Source: an uncultured virus (IMG/VR IMGVR_UViG_3300025390_000008) (taxonomy: Duplodnaviria > Heunggongvirae > Uroviricota > Caudoviricetes). Taken from it: a stretch of DNA of 64,000 bases. The notes under the pieces are model-generated. The model saw nothing but the letters and a program-made list of their open reading frames with translations, did no database searches and had not been told where the DNA came from. The stretch lies in the IMG/VR virus record IMGVR_UViG_3300025390_000008; one strand, written 5' to 3'. The stretch's first letter is position 1, and the number at the start of each line of letters is the position of its first letter. Positions 54,405 through 63,577 of the stretch are shown one piece after another. Position numbers and translations under genes: made by a program.

Positions 54405-54687
54405 AGCCTGCCTCGTTGGTCAGTTGTGTTAACTGTTCCACGATCATGTCGGTGATGGGCACGCCCGAGATGGCGATGCTCGATACCAGCTTGTGGCGCT
54501 TGACCACTTCCTCGGCGTCGCGCATGGCCTTCTTGTAGCCTGCCATGTACTGACTGTCGCCTTCAACGATCATGGTGATGGCGTCGCGGACCAGTGAAGA
54601 AGCTTTGCGTTGTCCAGCTGCTTCTTTCAGCTTGTCGTAGATGTCTCGTCGCAAGTGGACTGAGTAAGGGATTAAGCGGTCATCCAT
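54385..54687 (-). CDS. ribbon-helix-helix-like DNA-binding protein
   Basis: YSVHLRRDIYDKLKEAA..ASSLVRDAI. Confidence 0.55.
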   Translation of the reverse strand: MDDRLIPYSVHLRRDIYDKLKEAAGQRKASSLVRDAITMIVEGDSQYMAGYKKAMRDAEEVVKRHKLVSSIAISGVPITDMIVEQLTQLTNEAGYEQAKA

Positions 54688-55100
54688 GCTTTGAACTCCT
54701 GGAGAATGTATTTAAATTGTTGTGCTGCTTCTGGGTTGGTTTTCAACTCAGTGCGGGATTGAATGTGCAGTTCTTCACGTAGCCATTCGATAGCTTCCTC
54801 CTCGGATGCCTCGAAGGTGTGGCCGATCTCATGTAACCACTCTTGGAACTTTCGGTCGGCGCAGAGCATTCCTGCCTGTTGGACGATGTCCTTGGGGCGG
54901 GGCAGCTCCTGTTCTCGGTTCATGGGTCGCTCGTTTTCATTGATGCGAACCATGACCACCTGATACCGTGCGCCAACATAGTCGCGCATGATGGCATCAG
55001 GCACTTCGTCAGGATGGATATTCAGGGTAAGGATATACCCAGTCTTATCCTGCTTGATGGCGACCTTTACGGCCTCGAAGTGTGGATGTGTCATGGTCAA
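54672..55100 (-). CDS. hypothetical phage protein
   Basis: AGMLCADRKFQEWL..IQSRTELKTN. Confidence 0.7.
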   Translation of the reverse strand: MTMTHPHFEAVKVAIKQDKTGYILTLNIHPDEVPDAIMRDYVGARYQVVMVRINENERPMNREQELPRPKDIVQQAGMLCADRKFQEWLHEIGHTFEASEEEAIEWLREELHIQSRTELKTNPEAAQQFKYILQEFKAWMTA

Positions 55101-55381
55101 AATGGCAAGTCTTCCTCGGGCATGTCATGGCGTGGAGCCTGACGTGGTGCCTGAGGTTTGTAGTCGTCGTACTTCAGGCTCAGGAAAGTGCCTTTGGTTC
55201 CTTGGCGTTTCCATCCGCTGATCTTTACCTTTACCGAGAAGCCGTCTTCGGATTCTTGGATCAGTTGCTGGAGCAGGCTGATGTCGAGGTCGATGCTGCC
55301 GTTGTAGTCGGGGGCTTTCTCGCTACGCTTTGGCAGTTTGGCTGCGAACAGTGCGCCGGAGTTTGGGTATTGGTTGCTCAT
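55097..55381 (-). CDS. SSB-like protein
   Basis: NSGALF..APDYNGSI..SGWK..FLSL..EEDLPF acidic tail; next to ERF. Confidence 0.65.
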   Translation of the reverse strand: MSNQYPNSGALFAAKLPKRSEKAPDYNGSIDLDISLLQQLIQESEDGFSVKVKISGWKRQGTKGTFLSLKYDDYKPQAPRQAPRHDMPEEDLPF

Positions 55382-56073
55382 GCTTTTGATTCCTTGTGTT
55401 GTTTGAAGATTGCCATCAGTTCGTCCCACTTGGTCTGGTTAACAGACTTGAGTGTGCTGAAGATGTTTTGGTTTACCTTGAAGATGGACATCACGTCCGA
55501 CTTGCTCTTGGCGATTTCCAGAGCGAGCTTGGTTGCTTCGAGTAATAGTTCCACCCAGTTGTCGATATCAGCGCCAGGATCGGTTGTTATCTTGAGCATC
55601 CAAGGGCCTTCTACGCCGGACATTTCTGCTGGGGCGGTCTTTGGTAATTCTGCCACTACTGTCTTGGCTTCTGGCTTGGGCTTGGCTGGTAGCGTGGAAC
55701 CGGCAACGGCATCTACTTCGTCATGCTCTGATAGCTCTAGGGCGATCAACCACATGTATCGGCGCATGTAGGTATGCGTGCTACCCAGAGACTGGATAGG
55801 CTGGCCTTTGGCGTTCTCTGCCATGACGGTGGGGCTGCTGAACTGAACTGATCCGCCGTTGGGCTCGTTGTCAAATATGTCCAGTGTGGTGACGGCGGTA
55901 TTGATGTTAAACACACCGCATAGGCCTACGGCGTCCATCAGCTTGTGGGCAGTTGGCATGAAGTCGCCAAGCTCGAAGTATTCAAAGCCAGCGAACTTGT
56001 TTTTGCCGGACTTCTTGAGGTTTAGCTTGGAGAGTTCGTATCGAACTGCTTGGAGTTTTCTATACACTGACAT
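55378..56073 (-). CDS. erf: ERF-family single-strand annealing protein
   Basis: KSGKNKFAGFEYFELGD..QSLGSTHTYMRRY..DEVDA. Confidence 0.85.
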   Translation of the reverse strand: MSVYRKLQAVRYELSKLNLKKSGKNKFAGFEYFELGDFMPTAHKLMDAVGLCGVFNINTAVTTLDIFDNEPNGGSVQFSSPTVMAENAKGQPIQSLGSTHTYMRRYMWLIALELSEHDEVDAVAGSTLPAKPKPEAKTVVAELPKTAPAEMSGVEGPWMLKITTDPGADIDNWVELLLEATKLALEIAKSKSDVMSIFKVNQNIFSTLKSVNQTKWDELMAIFKQHKESKA

Positions 56074-56266
56074 TGTTTTTCCTTTGTTGATTGGATGGGT
56101 GGAGCAGCCATTTCGGGCCGAGCAGTTTAATGGACTGCTGTCGCTTTGCTTCGTTGGTTTCGGCCAGTACACGCAGAAGCTCTGGCGTGACGGGGCCGTG
56201 GAATATGCTGTCGCTGATAGGCTGAGGGTTCATCAGCTCTGGAAAAAATATGTGTTTAATGTTCAT
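56060..56266 (-). CDS. hypothetical protein
   Basis: LGPKWLLHPSN; SD AAGGAG. Confidence 0.6.
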   Translation of the reverse strand: MNIKHIFFPELMNPQPISDSIFHGPVTPELLRVLAETNEAKRQQSIKLLGPKWLLHPSNQQRKNNVSV

Positions 56267-56481
56267 TTGTTTCTCTCCTTGTTAATCCCTGCCATGAATC
56301 CTTTGTCCCATGCCTTCGCCCAGCAGATGCACCACAGGTCGTAGTAGCCACGGTTAAGCGGGAAACCAAAGCCTTCTTCTGAAAACATGGCCTTCACGTC
56401 TTTGCGCTTTATGAACGACTCCCACGAATTGTCTCGTTCACGGTTCATTAGTGGCACATCATCAAACAGTCCTTCAGTCAT
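56263..56481 (-). CDS. hypothetical protein
   Basis: coupled ORF, SD GGAG. Confidence 0.6.
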   Translation of the reverse strand: MTEGLFDDVPLMNRERDNSWESFIKRKDVKAMFSEEGFGFPLNRGYYDLWCICWAKAWDKGFMAGINKERNK

Positions 56482-56726
56482 TCTGTTTCTCCTGAATTAA
56501 GCATTTTTAAACTTCCAACAGTTTCGTTGCCGCAGCCGTCGCCGTCGCCGAAGCCGTTGCCGTTTCCGTAGCCGTAGCCGTAGCCGTTGCCGTCGCCGTA
56601 GCTGTAGCCGAAGCCGTAGCCGTTGCCGCCGTAGCCATCGTCGCCGTCGCCGTCGCCGTTTCCGTAGCCGTAGCCGTCGCCGTCGCCGTAGCCGTAGCCG
56701 TTGCCGTTGCCTATTGGCCTAAACAT
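56478..56726 (-). CDS. Gly-X (GY/GD/GN) repeat protein
   Basis: hexanucleotide-type repeats 56526-56711. Confidence 0.65.
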   Translation of the reverse strand: MFRPIGNGNGYGYGDGDGYGYGNGDGDGDDGYGGNGYGFGYSYGDGNGYGYGYGNGNGFGDGDGCGNETVGSLKMLNSGETE

Positions 56727-57043
56727 TAAAGCCCCCAATCATCTGCAACGGGAACGCAAAACACTTCTGCATTTTGAGGCAGGTCAACACCTTGCGGTAA
56801 TGGTTTGATAATTGCTTTATCGCTCTTTGGATTAGCAATTACGCCATCAAATCCAATTGATTCCCATCGGAATAACCAAACGGCTCGGCTCAGTTTAATG
56901 CGTCCATTTTCTCGATTTACATCTCCTGCGAAAATCCAGCCTCGATCAACCACAATTACAGCGCGAATGCCGGTTGGTGCAGGTTGTACGGAATCGGCGC
57001 GAACATAATCGACGCCATTGATAGAGATGGTTTCATTTTTCAT
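56726..57043 (-). CDS. hypothetical protein
   Basis: RAVIVVDRGWIFAGDV..FRWESIGF. Confidence 0.7.
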   Translation of the reverse strand: MKNETISINGVDYVRADSVQPAPTGIRAVIVVDRGWIFAGDVNRENGRIKLSRAVWLFRWESIGFDGVIANPKSDKAIIKPLPQGVDLPQNAEVFCVPVADDWGL

Positions 57044-57122
57044 TTCAATTTCCTTTGTGGTTTGGTTAATCATTCTGTTATTCCTGTTGCATCCAGCGCC
57101 ATGCGTAAGGCTTCGTCTTTAG

Positions 57123-57569
57123 TCATGTGTTCTTCTCCTTGAGTTTGGCTTCGATGCGTCTTGCGTAAACATCAATGGTCTGTGTTGGCAAACCTTGTAA
57201 GCATTCTTGTATTTCCTCATCCGTCAGCCCAACCCATGTGCGCTGTGGTGACAACATTTTTTGAACATCCCCACACATTACTTTGATTGCGTTGTAGCCT
57301 TCAGGATCATTGCTGTCTGCAAGTTCATAAGCCTCTTGCATAATCCTGATTCTGATGGGTTCAAAGTCTTTGTTGCTCATCCACCCCACAGGCTCCTGCA
57401 CAGGTGCTGCAAGGGCTTGCTTAATGGCGGTGATGGCTTGTTGCGTCCGATATGAACCGCCCAGTCGCCACACAGCAACATCGCCACTATTTTCTCCAGT
57501 CAACATATCAGGAATACCAAACAGTTTTTCCAACGCCTCCAGCGCCAGCTTCAATGCTTCGTCTTTCAT
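57123..57569 (-). CDS. hypothetical cassette protein
   Basis: MKDEALKLALEAL..WVGLTDEE..IEAKLKEKNT. Confidence 0.7.
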   Translation of the reverse strand: MKDEALKLALEALEKLFGIPDMLTGENSGDVAVWRLGGSYRTQQAITAIKQALAAPVQEPVGWMSNKDFEPIRIRIMQEAYELADSNDPEGYNAIKVMCGDVQKMLSPQRTWVGLTDEEIQECLQGLPTQTIDVYARRIEAKLKEKNT

Positions 57570-57811
57570 GTGTTCTTCTCCTGCGCTGCTTTCAAAATTG
57601 ACCGAGCAAAATCAATGATGCGGATTTCGGTCGGGGCGTATTTAATGGTCTTATCCCAAATTTGCATGATCTCTTCATGCGATAGGTCAATCCATTCGTC
57701 CTTTGCATTTAAGGATTTGCCCGTTATCTCCAGCATGTTTTTCAGGCGATGGAGTTCCATCTCAACGTCTTTGAGTTTTGAAATTGCCTCAAATGTTTTT
57801 TCGTGCTTCAT
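57566..57811 (-). CDS. hypothetical cassette protein
   Basis: WIDLSHEE..AQEKNT. Confidence 0.65.
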   Translation of the reverse strand: MKHEKTFEAISKLKDVEMELHRLKNMLEITGKSLNAKDEWIDLSHEEIMQIWDKTIKYAPTEIRIIDFARSILKAAQEKNT

Positions 57812-57962
57812 CCCGCATCTCCTCAAGTACAGTTTTAAATTGGTTGTTGACAATATCCAGTTTCAACATTTCTAAAATACCAACTACATGTGATGCTGGC
57901 AAAGTACCGTTGTATTTCATAACAAGATCAAATAATTCAACCATCAATGTACTAGCGTTCAT
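57789..57962 (-). CDS. hypothetical protein
   Basis: MNASTLMVEL..VVGILEMLKL. Confidence 0.6.
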   Translation of the reverse strand: MNASTLMVELFDLVMKYNGTLPASHVVGILEMLKLDIVNNQFKTVLEEMRDEARKNI

Positions 57963-58180
57963 GTGTTCTTCTCCTTGAGTGGATCGGTTGTGAACTTGAT
58001 GTCGCCAATGGCAACCCAATAGCCCTCTCGGTATCCTTCGTAGTGAGCAAGCCACCTTCCGTTCAAATCTTCATCGCTCATGTGGGGAACGTCGCCTTTT
58101 TTCATTGCCTCGACGTAAGCGTTCTTTCGGTTGGTCGCATATCTTGCGGCATCAAGATGCAGTTGTTCTGATGGTGTCAT
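57959..58180 (-). CDS. hypothetical cassette protein
   Basis: ends LKEKNT. Confidence 0.65.
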   Translation of the reverse strand: MTPSEQLHLDAARYATNRKNAYVEAMKKGDVPHMSDEDLNGRWLAHYEGYREGYWVAIGDIKFTTDPLKEKNT

Positions 58181-58461
58181 GTGTTCTTCTCCTCGGCGTA
58201 GCCGTTCTTTTGCTTGAGTTTGGCTTCAATGGCTTGGGTCAGATTACGCAACCACGATTCATCTTTTGCACAAGTGGTTGTTTCTTCAAGTGTTAGCATT
58301 TCCTCATCAGTCAGCCCAACCCATTCACGCTTCTTTAGGCGCTCTCTTGCGGCGATTGCCCTAATAAACATTGACATGGGGTGCGTAACGGGATACGCAG
58401 ATTCAAGACCAGCCTCTTCTCTAAACCAAGCTAGGTTTTTAACCAAGTCCTCGTCTGTCAT
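58177..58461 (-). CDS. hypothetical cassette protein
   Basis: WVGLTDEE..IEAKLKQKNGYAEEKNT. Confidence 0.65.
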   Translation of the reverse strand: MTDEDLVKNLAWFREEAGLESAYPVTHPMSMFIRAIAARERLKKREWVGLTDEEMLTLEETTTCAKDESWLRNLTQAIEAKLKQKNGYAEEKNT

Positions 58462-58631
58462 GTGTTCTTCTCCTTTTCAACTGGCCCATTAAACAGCGCC
58501 ATGCCCAGCGATCCAAGCATGACCGCCTTCAACTCTTCGCGCTCCTCTTCTGGATATTCACTGGCGACCTCATCCATGATTTTCATAATGCTGGCGGCCA
58601 CTTCTTTTGCGGGAATCGGCTTTGCGCTCAT
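58458..58631 (-). CDS. hypothetical cassette protein
   Basis: MSAKPIPAKE..EKEKNT, 57 aa. Confidence 0.6.
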   Translation of the reverse strand: MSAKPIPAKEVAASIMKIMDEVASEYPEEEREELKAVMLGSLGMALFNGPVEKEKNT

Positions 58632-58825
58632 GTGTTCTTCTCCTTGTCGTATGGCCCTACCCCCAACTCTTTGGCGATTTTGTGTTGCAACTCCGTGATT
58701 CGGTGAGTGTTGCCAGCCACTTGTGCATTTAGCAAACGAACATAACCAAGCGTGTTTTCATTGTGGTCTACAAGCAAACGCAGCTCTTCTTGCAACCGTT
58801 TTAGATACGTTGTTGGTTTATCCAT
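58628..58825 (-). CDS. hypothetical cassette protein
   Basis: MDKPTTYL..DKEKNT. Confidence 0.6.
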   Translation of the reverse strand: MDKPTTYLKRLQEELRLLVDHNENTLGYVRLLNAQVAGNTHRITELQHKIAKELGVGPYDKEKNT

Positions 58826-59162
58826 TGTTCTTCTCCTTGAGTTTGGCTTCGATGGCTCGGGCGCGACCTTCTGCTGTGATGTAATTTCCCAAACATTCAT
58901 CGCGCTCCTCATCCGTCAACCCAACCCATTCACGCTTGCCCATTGCGTTGACTGCTTTGTCCACGCTTGATTGCATCTGTTTTTGCATTCCATCAATAAA
59001 GCCACGCTCGTATTCGCTGGCGTGCTTTCGCCAATCATCGTTGATATCCTGCAGTATCTGCTTGCCCAAGTTGGACTGTCTTTCCACCTCGTTAAAGGCT
59101 TCGTCTTCCTCCGGCGTCCAATCAACGCTGAGTCGGTCAAATACAAGTTCTACTTTTTTCAT
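58818..59162 (-). CDS. hypothetical cassette protein
   Basis: WTPEEDEAF..WVGLTDEE..IEAKLKEKNNG. Confidence 0.65.
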   Translation of the reverse strand: MKKVELVFDRLSVDWTPEEDEAFNEVERQSNLGKQILQDINDDWRKHASEYERGFIDGMQKQMQSSVDKAVNAMGKREWVGLTDEERDECLGNYITAEGRARAIEAKLKEKNNG

Positions 59163-59171
59163 TGCTACTCC

Positions 59172-59393
59172 TTAGATGATGGTTGTTCTGCGGGTGGCGG
59201 ACTTTGGAAAGAACACCAGCGAGAAGACGGGGAAGTCGATCTCTTCTTTCGGGTCAACCCGCTCGGTGTTAATAATTACAGCGCCTTGCTGCATGTGGCG
59301 ACGTAGTTCTCCGCCGCTCATGTCAGTGCATGGATGCTCTGCTGACATAGGAATGGCAGGGCGTAAGTTGCTCAGGTATTGCAGGGCGTTCAT
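59172..59393 (-). CDS. hypothetical protein
   Basis: ELRRHMQQGAVIIN..FSLVFFPKS. Confidence 0.65.
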   Translation of the reverse strand: MNALQYLSNLRPAIPMSAEHPCTDMSGGELRRHMQQGAVIINTERVDPKEEIDFPVFSLVFFPKSATRRTTII

Positions 59394-59626
59394 TGCTGCT
59401 CATTCAACTTCTTTTTCAGTGCACGGTTCTCATCCATGACTTCTTGAAGCATCTTTAGATGTTCTTTGTGGCGCTGCTCCATGACGGAAACCACTTTTTC
59501 AAAGTCAAGCATCCATTTCTTGATTGCTTGCTTGAGTAGCTCGGCGTTATACCAAATGTAGTGTTCGGTGACACCTTCAATCTTTACGCTGTCTTTCACA
59601 ATAAATTCTTTAGTATTCTCATCCAT
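59390..59626 (-). CDS. hypothetical coiled-coil protein
   Basis: MDENTKEF; SD GGAG. Confidence 0.55.
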   Translation of the reverse strand: MDENTKEFIVKDSVKIEGVTEHYIWYNAELLKQAIKKWMLDFEKVVSVMEQRHKEHLKMLQEVMDENRALKKKLNEQQ

Positions 59627-60488
59627 GTTGCTGCTCCTGGTAACGTTTCCACTGATCACAAAAAGGTGCTGCTTGGCAGTAGCCCTCGCAGCGCGTTCTA
59701 CCGCCAGGACGAACCTCAATGGCGTATCCCTTGGTCAATACCGCTTCAGCTTCTTCCAGCGTCTTGTGGACTGATTTGGCCCGCTTACCGCCCTCTTTCA
59801 TCACGGCGTACATCGTGGGTTTCTCCCACATCTCTTCAGGTGTGCATTCAGGCAGGTCGAAGTTGGCGGCGATCGCAAACACGGCATCGTTGTGTGCGCT
59901 CAGGCGTCTGGCTACATACTGCTCGGCGTATTGAAAATCCCAGATCGGGATATCAATGATGACCACTGGGGCTTGTGGGTAGTTCTCGCGGGTAGTTGCT
60001 TCGCGGGCAGACCAGTCGCGGATGATGGCGCAAATCTGCAGCTTCTTTACATTACTTTGCTTTACTTTACGAACCAGCCAAGCATAGATGTTCAGCTGGT
60101 TCTCCCAATCGGCCTTGGTGTTCATAACAGACCATGCACCAGTAACTTTGTAGTCGCTGATGATGATGCCGTCTTCCTCGACTTCTTGCAGGTCAATAGC
60201 GCCAGAGATATGCCAGCCGTTAAATTCGATGTGCAGCCGCTCTTCAACGATGTGGTGATTGTCTTTGCCGTGCTCCAAGATGCCGTGGACGGCGGAGCCA
60301 AAGATAGACCAGACCATTTCAGAGGCGTCTTGTGTCAGCTCATCCCAATGCTTGTTCTTTAGCTGAACAATGCGGGGCGAATTCAGAATTTCTGTAGCAG
60401 ATATCTGGGACGCGCCCTTGGAATACTGAGGCCGCTTGATCACATTTACAAATGTGTCCGGCAAGTTGTGGACATTGGTTATACGCAT
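59619..60488 (-). CDS. PD-(D/E)XK (RecB/Cas4-like) exonuclease, allele B (uninterrupted)
   Basis: FGSAVHGILE, ISGAIDL, DYK, QLNIY, RCEGYC..FCDQW. Confidence 0.85.
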   Translation of the reverse strand: MRITNVHNLPDTFVNVIKRPQYSKGASQISATEILNSPRIVQLKNKHWDELTQDASEMVWSIFGSAVHGILEHGKDNHHIVEERLHIEFNGWHISGAIDLQEVEEDGIIISDYKVTGAWSVMNTKADWENQLNIYAWLVRKVKQSNVKKLQICAIIRDWSAREATTRENYPQAPVVIIDIPIWDFQYAEQYVARRLSAHNDAVFAIAANFDLPECTPEEMWEKPTMYAVMKEGGKRAKSVHKTLEEAEAVLTKGYAIEVRPGGRTRCEGYCQAAPFCDQWKRYQEQQHG

Positions 60489-60589
60489 TCATACTCCTAT
60501 AATTGGGGTTACGAACATCCTTACTGGTTGTTCTGGTAGATATGCTATCAGGTATATTCTGGAAATGCAACACATGAGGAAAAATATTT

Positions 60590-60883
60590 ATGGCACGTAG
60601 GGCGATGAGGCAGGACGACAATCATGGGGCGGTGGTGACTGCTCTGCGGGCGATGGGTGCTACGGTGCATACGATCAGCCAAGGCGGTGGGATACCGGAC
60701 TTGCTGGTGGGTTATAAGGGGAAGACGGCGCTGCTGGAAGTGAAGGACGGGGACAAGCCGCCGAGTGCGAGAAAGCTGACGGAGCCGGAGGAGAAGTTCT
60801 TTGCGAGCTGGTCAGGTGGTCCGCTGTTTATAGTGAACAGTCCTGAGGAGGCTTGTGCCATGCTGGAGCATCTTGGAGCGTAG
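60590..60883 (+). CDS. VRR-NUC-like nuclease (copy 2)
   Basis: identical protein to 1296-1589. Confidence 0.75.
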   Translation: MARRAMRQDDNHGAVVTALRAMGATVHTISQGGGIPDLLVGYKGKTALLEVKDGDKPPSARKLTEPEEKFFASWSGGPLFIVNSPEEACAMLEHLGA

Positions 60884-61196
60884 TGGAGCATTGTGGTATA
60901 CTGAACCCGCTATTGCATTCATACATCCCTTGGTGGGTTCCACGGCTTCTTCGGAGGCCGTTTTTTTTGCTGGTAATATTACCACTTGGCAGGTACAATT
61001 GTTCCTGCGTACCAAGACGCATGGGGATTGGCATAAATGGCTTACCCGCTGGAATAAACCGACAAATACCGGGTTAATGCCAAGTCGGGCTAACAGTCCC
61101 CAGTCGTGTTGGTAATGGGTTGGGGGCGAGTAGGCGAAAGCTGAAAGGGTCGCCGTGTGCAGATACACCCTGCGATGCACACACCAACAATATTTT

Positions 61197-61345
61197 CGGG
61201 TTGAAGCGTGATGTGGTGGCACGATTGCACATTGGGTGCAAAACTTCTTCTGTGGCTACTTGCTTGAACGGCAACTTCTAGAGTGCGTAATAAACAGCAG
61301 GGTGTGTTAGAAGTCTATCTGGTTCGACTCCAGACGACCCGACCA
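61197..61345 (+). tRNA. tRNA-like RNA with insertion (copy 2)
   Basis: copy of 1903-2051. Confidence 0.65.
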
Positions 61346-62054
61346 ATTTAGGGGGAAAGCGGATGCTGGTTACTTGTTCTAGACAGGGCACATAAAGAGA
61401 CACTAGACGCAGCGAGTACCCCACCTAAAAAAAGTTGTTGACAACAGTTCTATCTGTGTATAATCCAAAACATCAACGGATTGGTAACCCGTTGTAGTTC
61501 GTAGAAACGCAACCGCAAACCCATTGGTGAGCGGGCTTCGTCAAAGCTGGGATGTCCTGTCTACGCAGGCTCTTATGCGGCAACCAAGCCTAAAGCTCGT
61601 TCACCAATGGGTTTTTTGCTTTTTAGCCGTATACCTTGATCTGGTAATTTAACGGGCACATGAACGGTTTGGCCCAGATCGAGAGCCATAAAAAGTATCG
61701 ACGTGGCAAGCGCGGGTGGAGATAGCGCCAGATGTTGAGTAAACCGCCAGAACGGATCTAGGTCGAGAGATTGAGGTAATCCGGGGCAACGGCAACATTT
61801 GGGACAAGCTCGGTCAGTGCGCTAAGAAGGGGTCTCACAATGGGCCTAAATGTCTGACAGCTACGGCGGAACATTGAGAGATGACCGTAGCCAATGTAAC
61901 GAAGGAAACGACCGACGTGATATTGTTCTTCAGCCAACCCCGCGTCCTGTGGGCTAGGGGTGGGTTGTGTCCAGAGCTTCAGTCTTCTCCCTCCGTGATG
62001 TGGGTGTAATACCTTGTATTTAGTGGCTCAGACCGATACTTACCGGAGATGTAG

Positions 62055-62648
62055 ATGGCTAATCAGGTTGATAAGAGAGTTAAGGGTAGTGCCTTACCTT
62101 GGTTTATCACGTCGCGGGTCCGAGCTGATCGTCGGCTGGGGCTGAGTGAGATGGAGCAGGCGTGTCTAGCCCTGGAGGCTGAAGGTATGCCCTGCCCTGC
62201 CGATGTAAGCTTTGAGGCGTGGGTCAGGACCAACTTTGCCTATATCTGTGCTAGGTATATGGAGAAGTATCCAAAGCCTATTGGCAGTAAGGTAAAGCCC
62301 CGTCCGTCCAGGGCTCAGCGCAAGGCAGCTAGTCAACTTCGTCGTAACGCCAAGTCAGAAAAAGCGCCCGTTAAGCGGGTCGTCAAGGTGTGTGGTGTTG
62401 ATGTGACCACCGACGCCTTTTTATCGACGTATGAATGGCGCAGGGTGCGTATGGAGGCGCTGAAGAAGTTTGGGCCTAAGTGTCAGTGCTGTGGAGCTAC
62501 TCCCGCCCAAGGAGCTGTTATGAACGTTGACCACATCAAGCCACGTAAGCTGTATCCAAACTTAGCCCTCAATGTAAACAATCTTCAGATCCTATGCCAT
62601 GAGTGCAACCACGGTAAGGGCAATTGGGATCAAACCGACTGGCGGTAA
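62055..62648 (+). CDS. HNH endonuclease (copy 2)
   Basis: identical to 2761-3354. Confidence 0.85.
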   Translation: MANQVDKRVKGSALPWFITSRVRADRRLGLSEMEQACLALEAEGMPCPADVSFEAWVRTNFAYICARYMEKYPKPIGSKVKPRPSRAQRKAASQLRRNAKSEKAPVKRVVKVCGVDVTTDAFLSTYEWRRVRMEALKKFGPKCQCCGATPAQGAVMNVDHIKPRKLYPNLALNVNNLQILCHECNHGKGNWDQTDWR

Positions 62649-62760
62649 AAATAATTTGACGGAGATGAAAAAAAGTATTGCATGATAATTTTCCTATGAT
62701 ATGCTACCACCTACAAAGACACCAGAACAACCAGTTGACAATTACAGGGAGCACGGCAAA

Positions 62761-63216
62761 ATGAGAAAACGGACAAAGCGCAAGGTGTATGCACTGGTGA
62801 ACGTTATTCAGCACGCTATGGAGGGAGCGGCGCTGGTAGACGGTAAGCCGCTGGAGGATTTAAGGACGAGGGAGTTGCTGGCTTTGGAGGCGTTCCGATC
62901 GGGCACAGCGACACCGAATGATTGGCGGTCTATTTCGGCGATGGTGAACATTGCTGAGGTGATGGCTAAGAAGGGCGTGGGGCCAGAGGCGATTGAGGTT
63001 TGCCGAGAGGCGGAGCTTCAGTTGCTGGATGACCATGTCAGGTTTGAGAAGACCGGAAAGATGGGCACGACAGCGGGGGGCTTAACGGCTTACCGCGAGG
63101 TGTATGAATACCATGACTTGCAGAGGACATCTATCAGCAGGTCAGAGTATGAGAGGTGGATAAAGAAGACCGCTGACATTTTGAAGAGCGGCCAGGATGT
63201 AGTTCATTTAACCTAA
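62761..63216 (+). CDS. hypothetical protein (copy 2)
   Basis: identical to 3467-3922. Confidence 0.7.
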   Translation: MRKRTKRKVYALVNVIQHAMEGAALVDGKPLEDLRTRELLALEAFRSGTATPNDWRSISAMVNIAEVMAKKGVGPEAIEVCREAELQLLDDHVRFEKTGKMGTTAGGLTAYREVYEYHDLQRTSISRSEYERWIKKTADILKSGQDVVHLT

Positions 63217-63228
63217 AAAGGAGTTTGT

Positions 63229-63576
63229 ATGAAACGAGAGATTAACGATAACGTGGCGGCTTGTAAACAGATCGATCACGACCAGCGGCTGGTAACGTTA
63301 CCAGTTTACGTTCACCACTACCGCCAATACGATGGCAAGTTTGCTTTTTCGATCTCATCGTTTGACCAAAGCAAATACAGCTCGGAGTATGTGTTGGTGG
63401 GTAAGACTGAGTTGGTGTATTTAGTTCCAGAGGAATTCGATCCGATCGCCCAAGAGGTGGCTGCCCTGCGCCGCAAGAAGATGGACGTGATCAATGAGTT
63501 CAATAAGCGGGTCAAAGAGATCGAGGAGCAGATCGGTAAGCTGACTGCTATTGAACACACGCCTGCGGAGTTCTGA
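63229..63576 (+). CDS. hypothetical protein (copy 2)
   Basis: identical to 3935-4282. Confidence 0.7.
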   Translation: MKREINDNVAACKQIDHDQRLVTLPVYVHHYRQYDGKFAFSISSFDQSKYSSEYVLVGKTELVYLVPEEFDPIAQEVAALRRKKMDVINEFNKRVKEIEEQIGKLTAIEHTPAEF

Positions 63577-63577
63577 C

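Larger units (their letters stand above)
57123..58851 (-). repeat. seven copies of gene-junction repeat AGGAGAAGAACA(CATGA/ATGG)
   Basis: at about 57123, 57566, 57959, 58177, 58458, 58628 and 58822. Confidence 0.9.

Noticed and set aside
57123..58851. CRISPR array
   Set aside because: Repeats are about 17 bp with irregular 170-440 bp spacing and each spacer is an ORF; no cas operon (the Cas4-like gene is a typical phage exonuclease).
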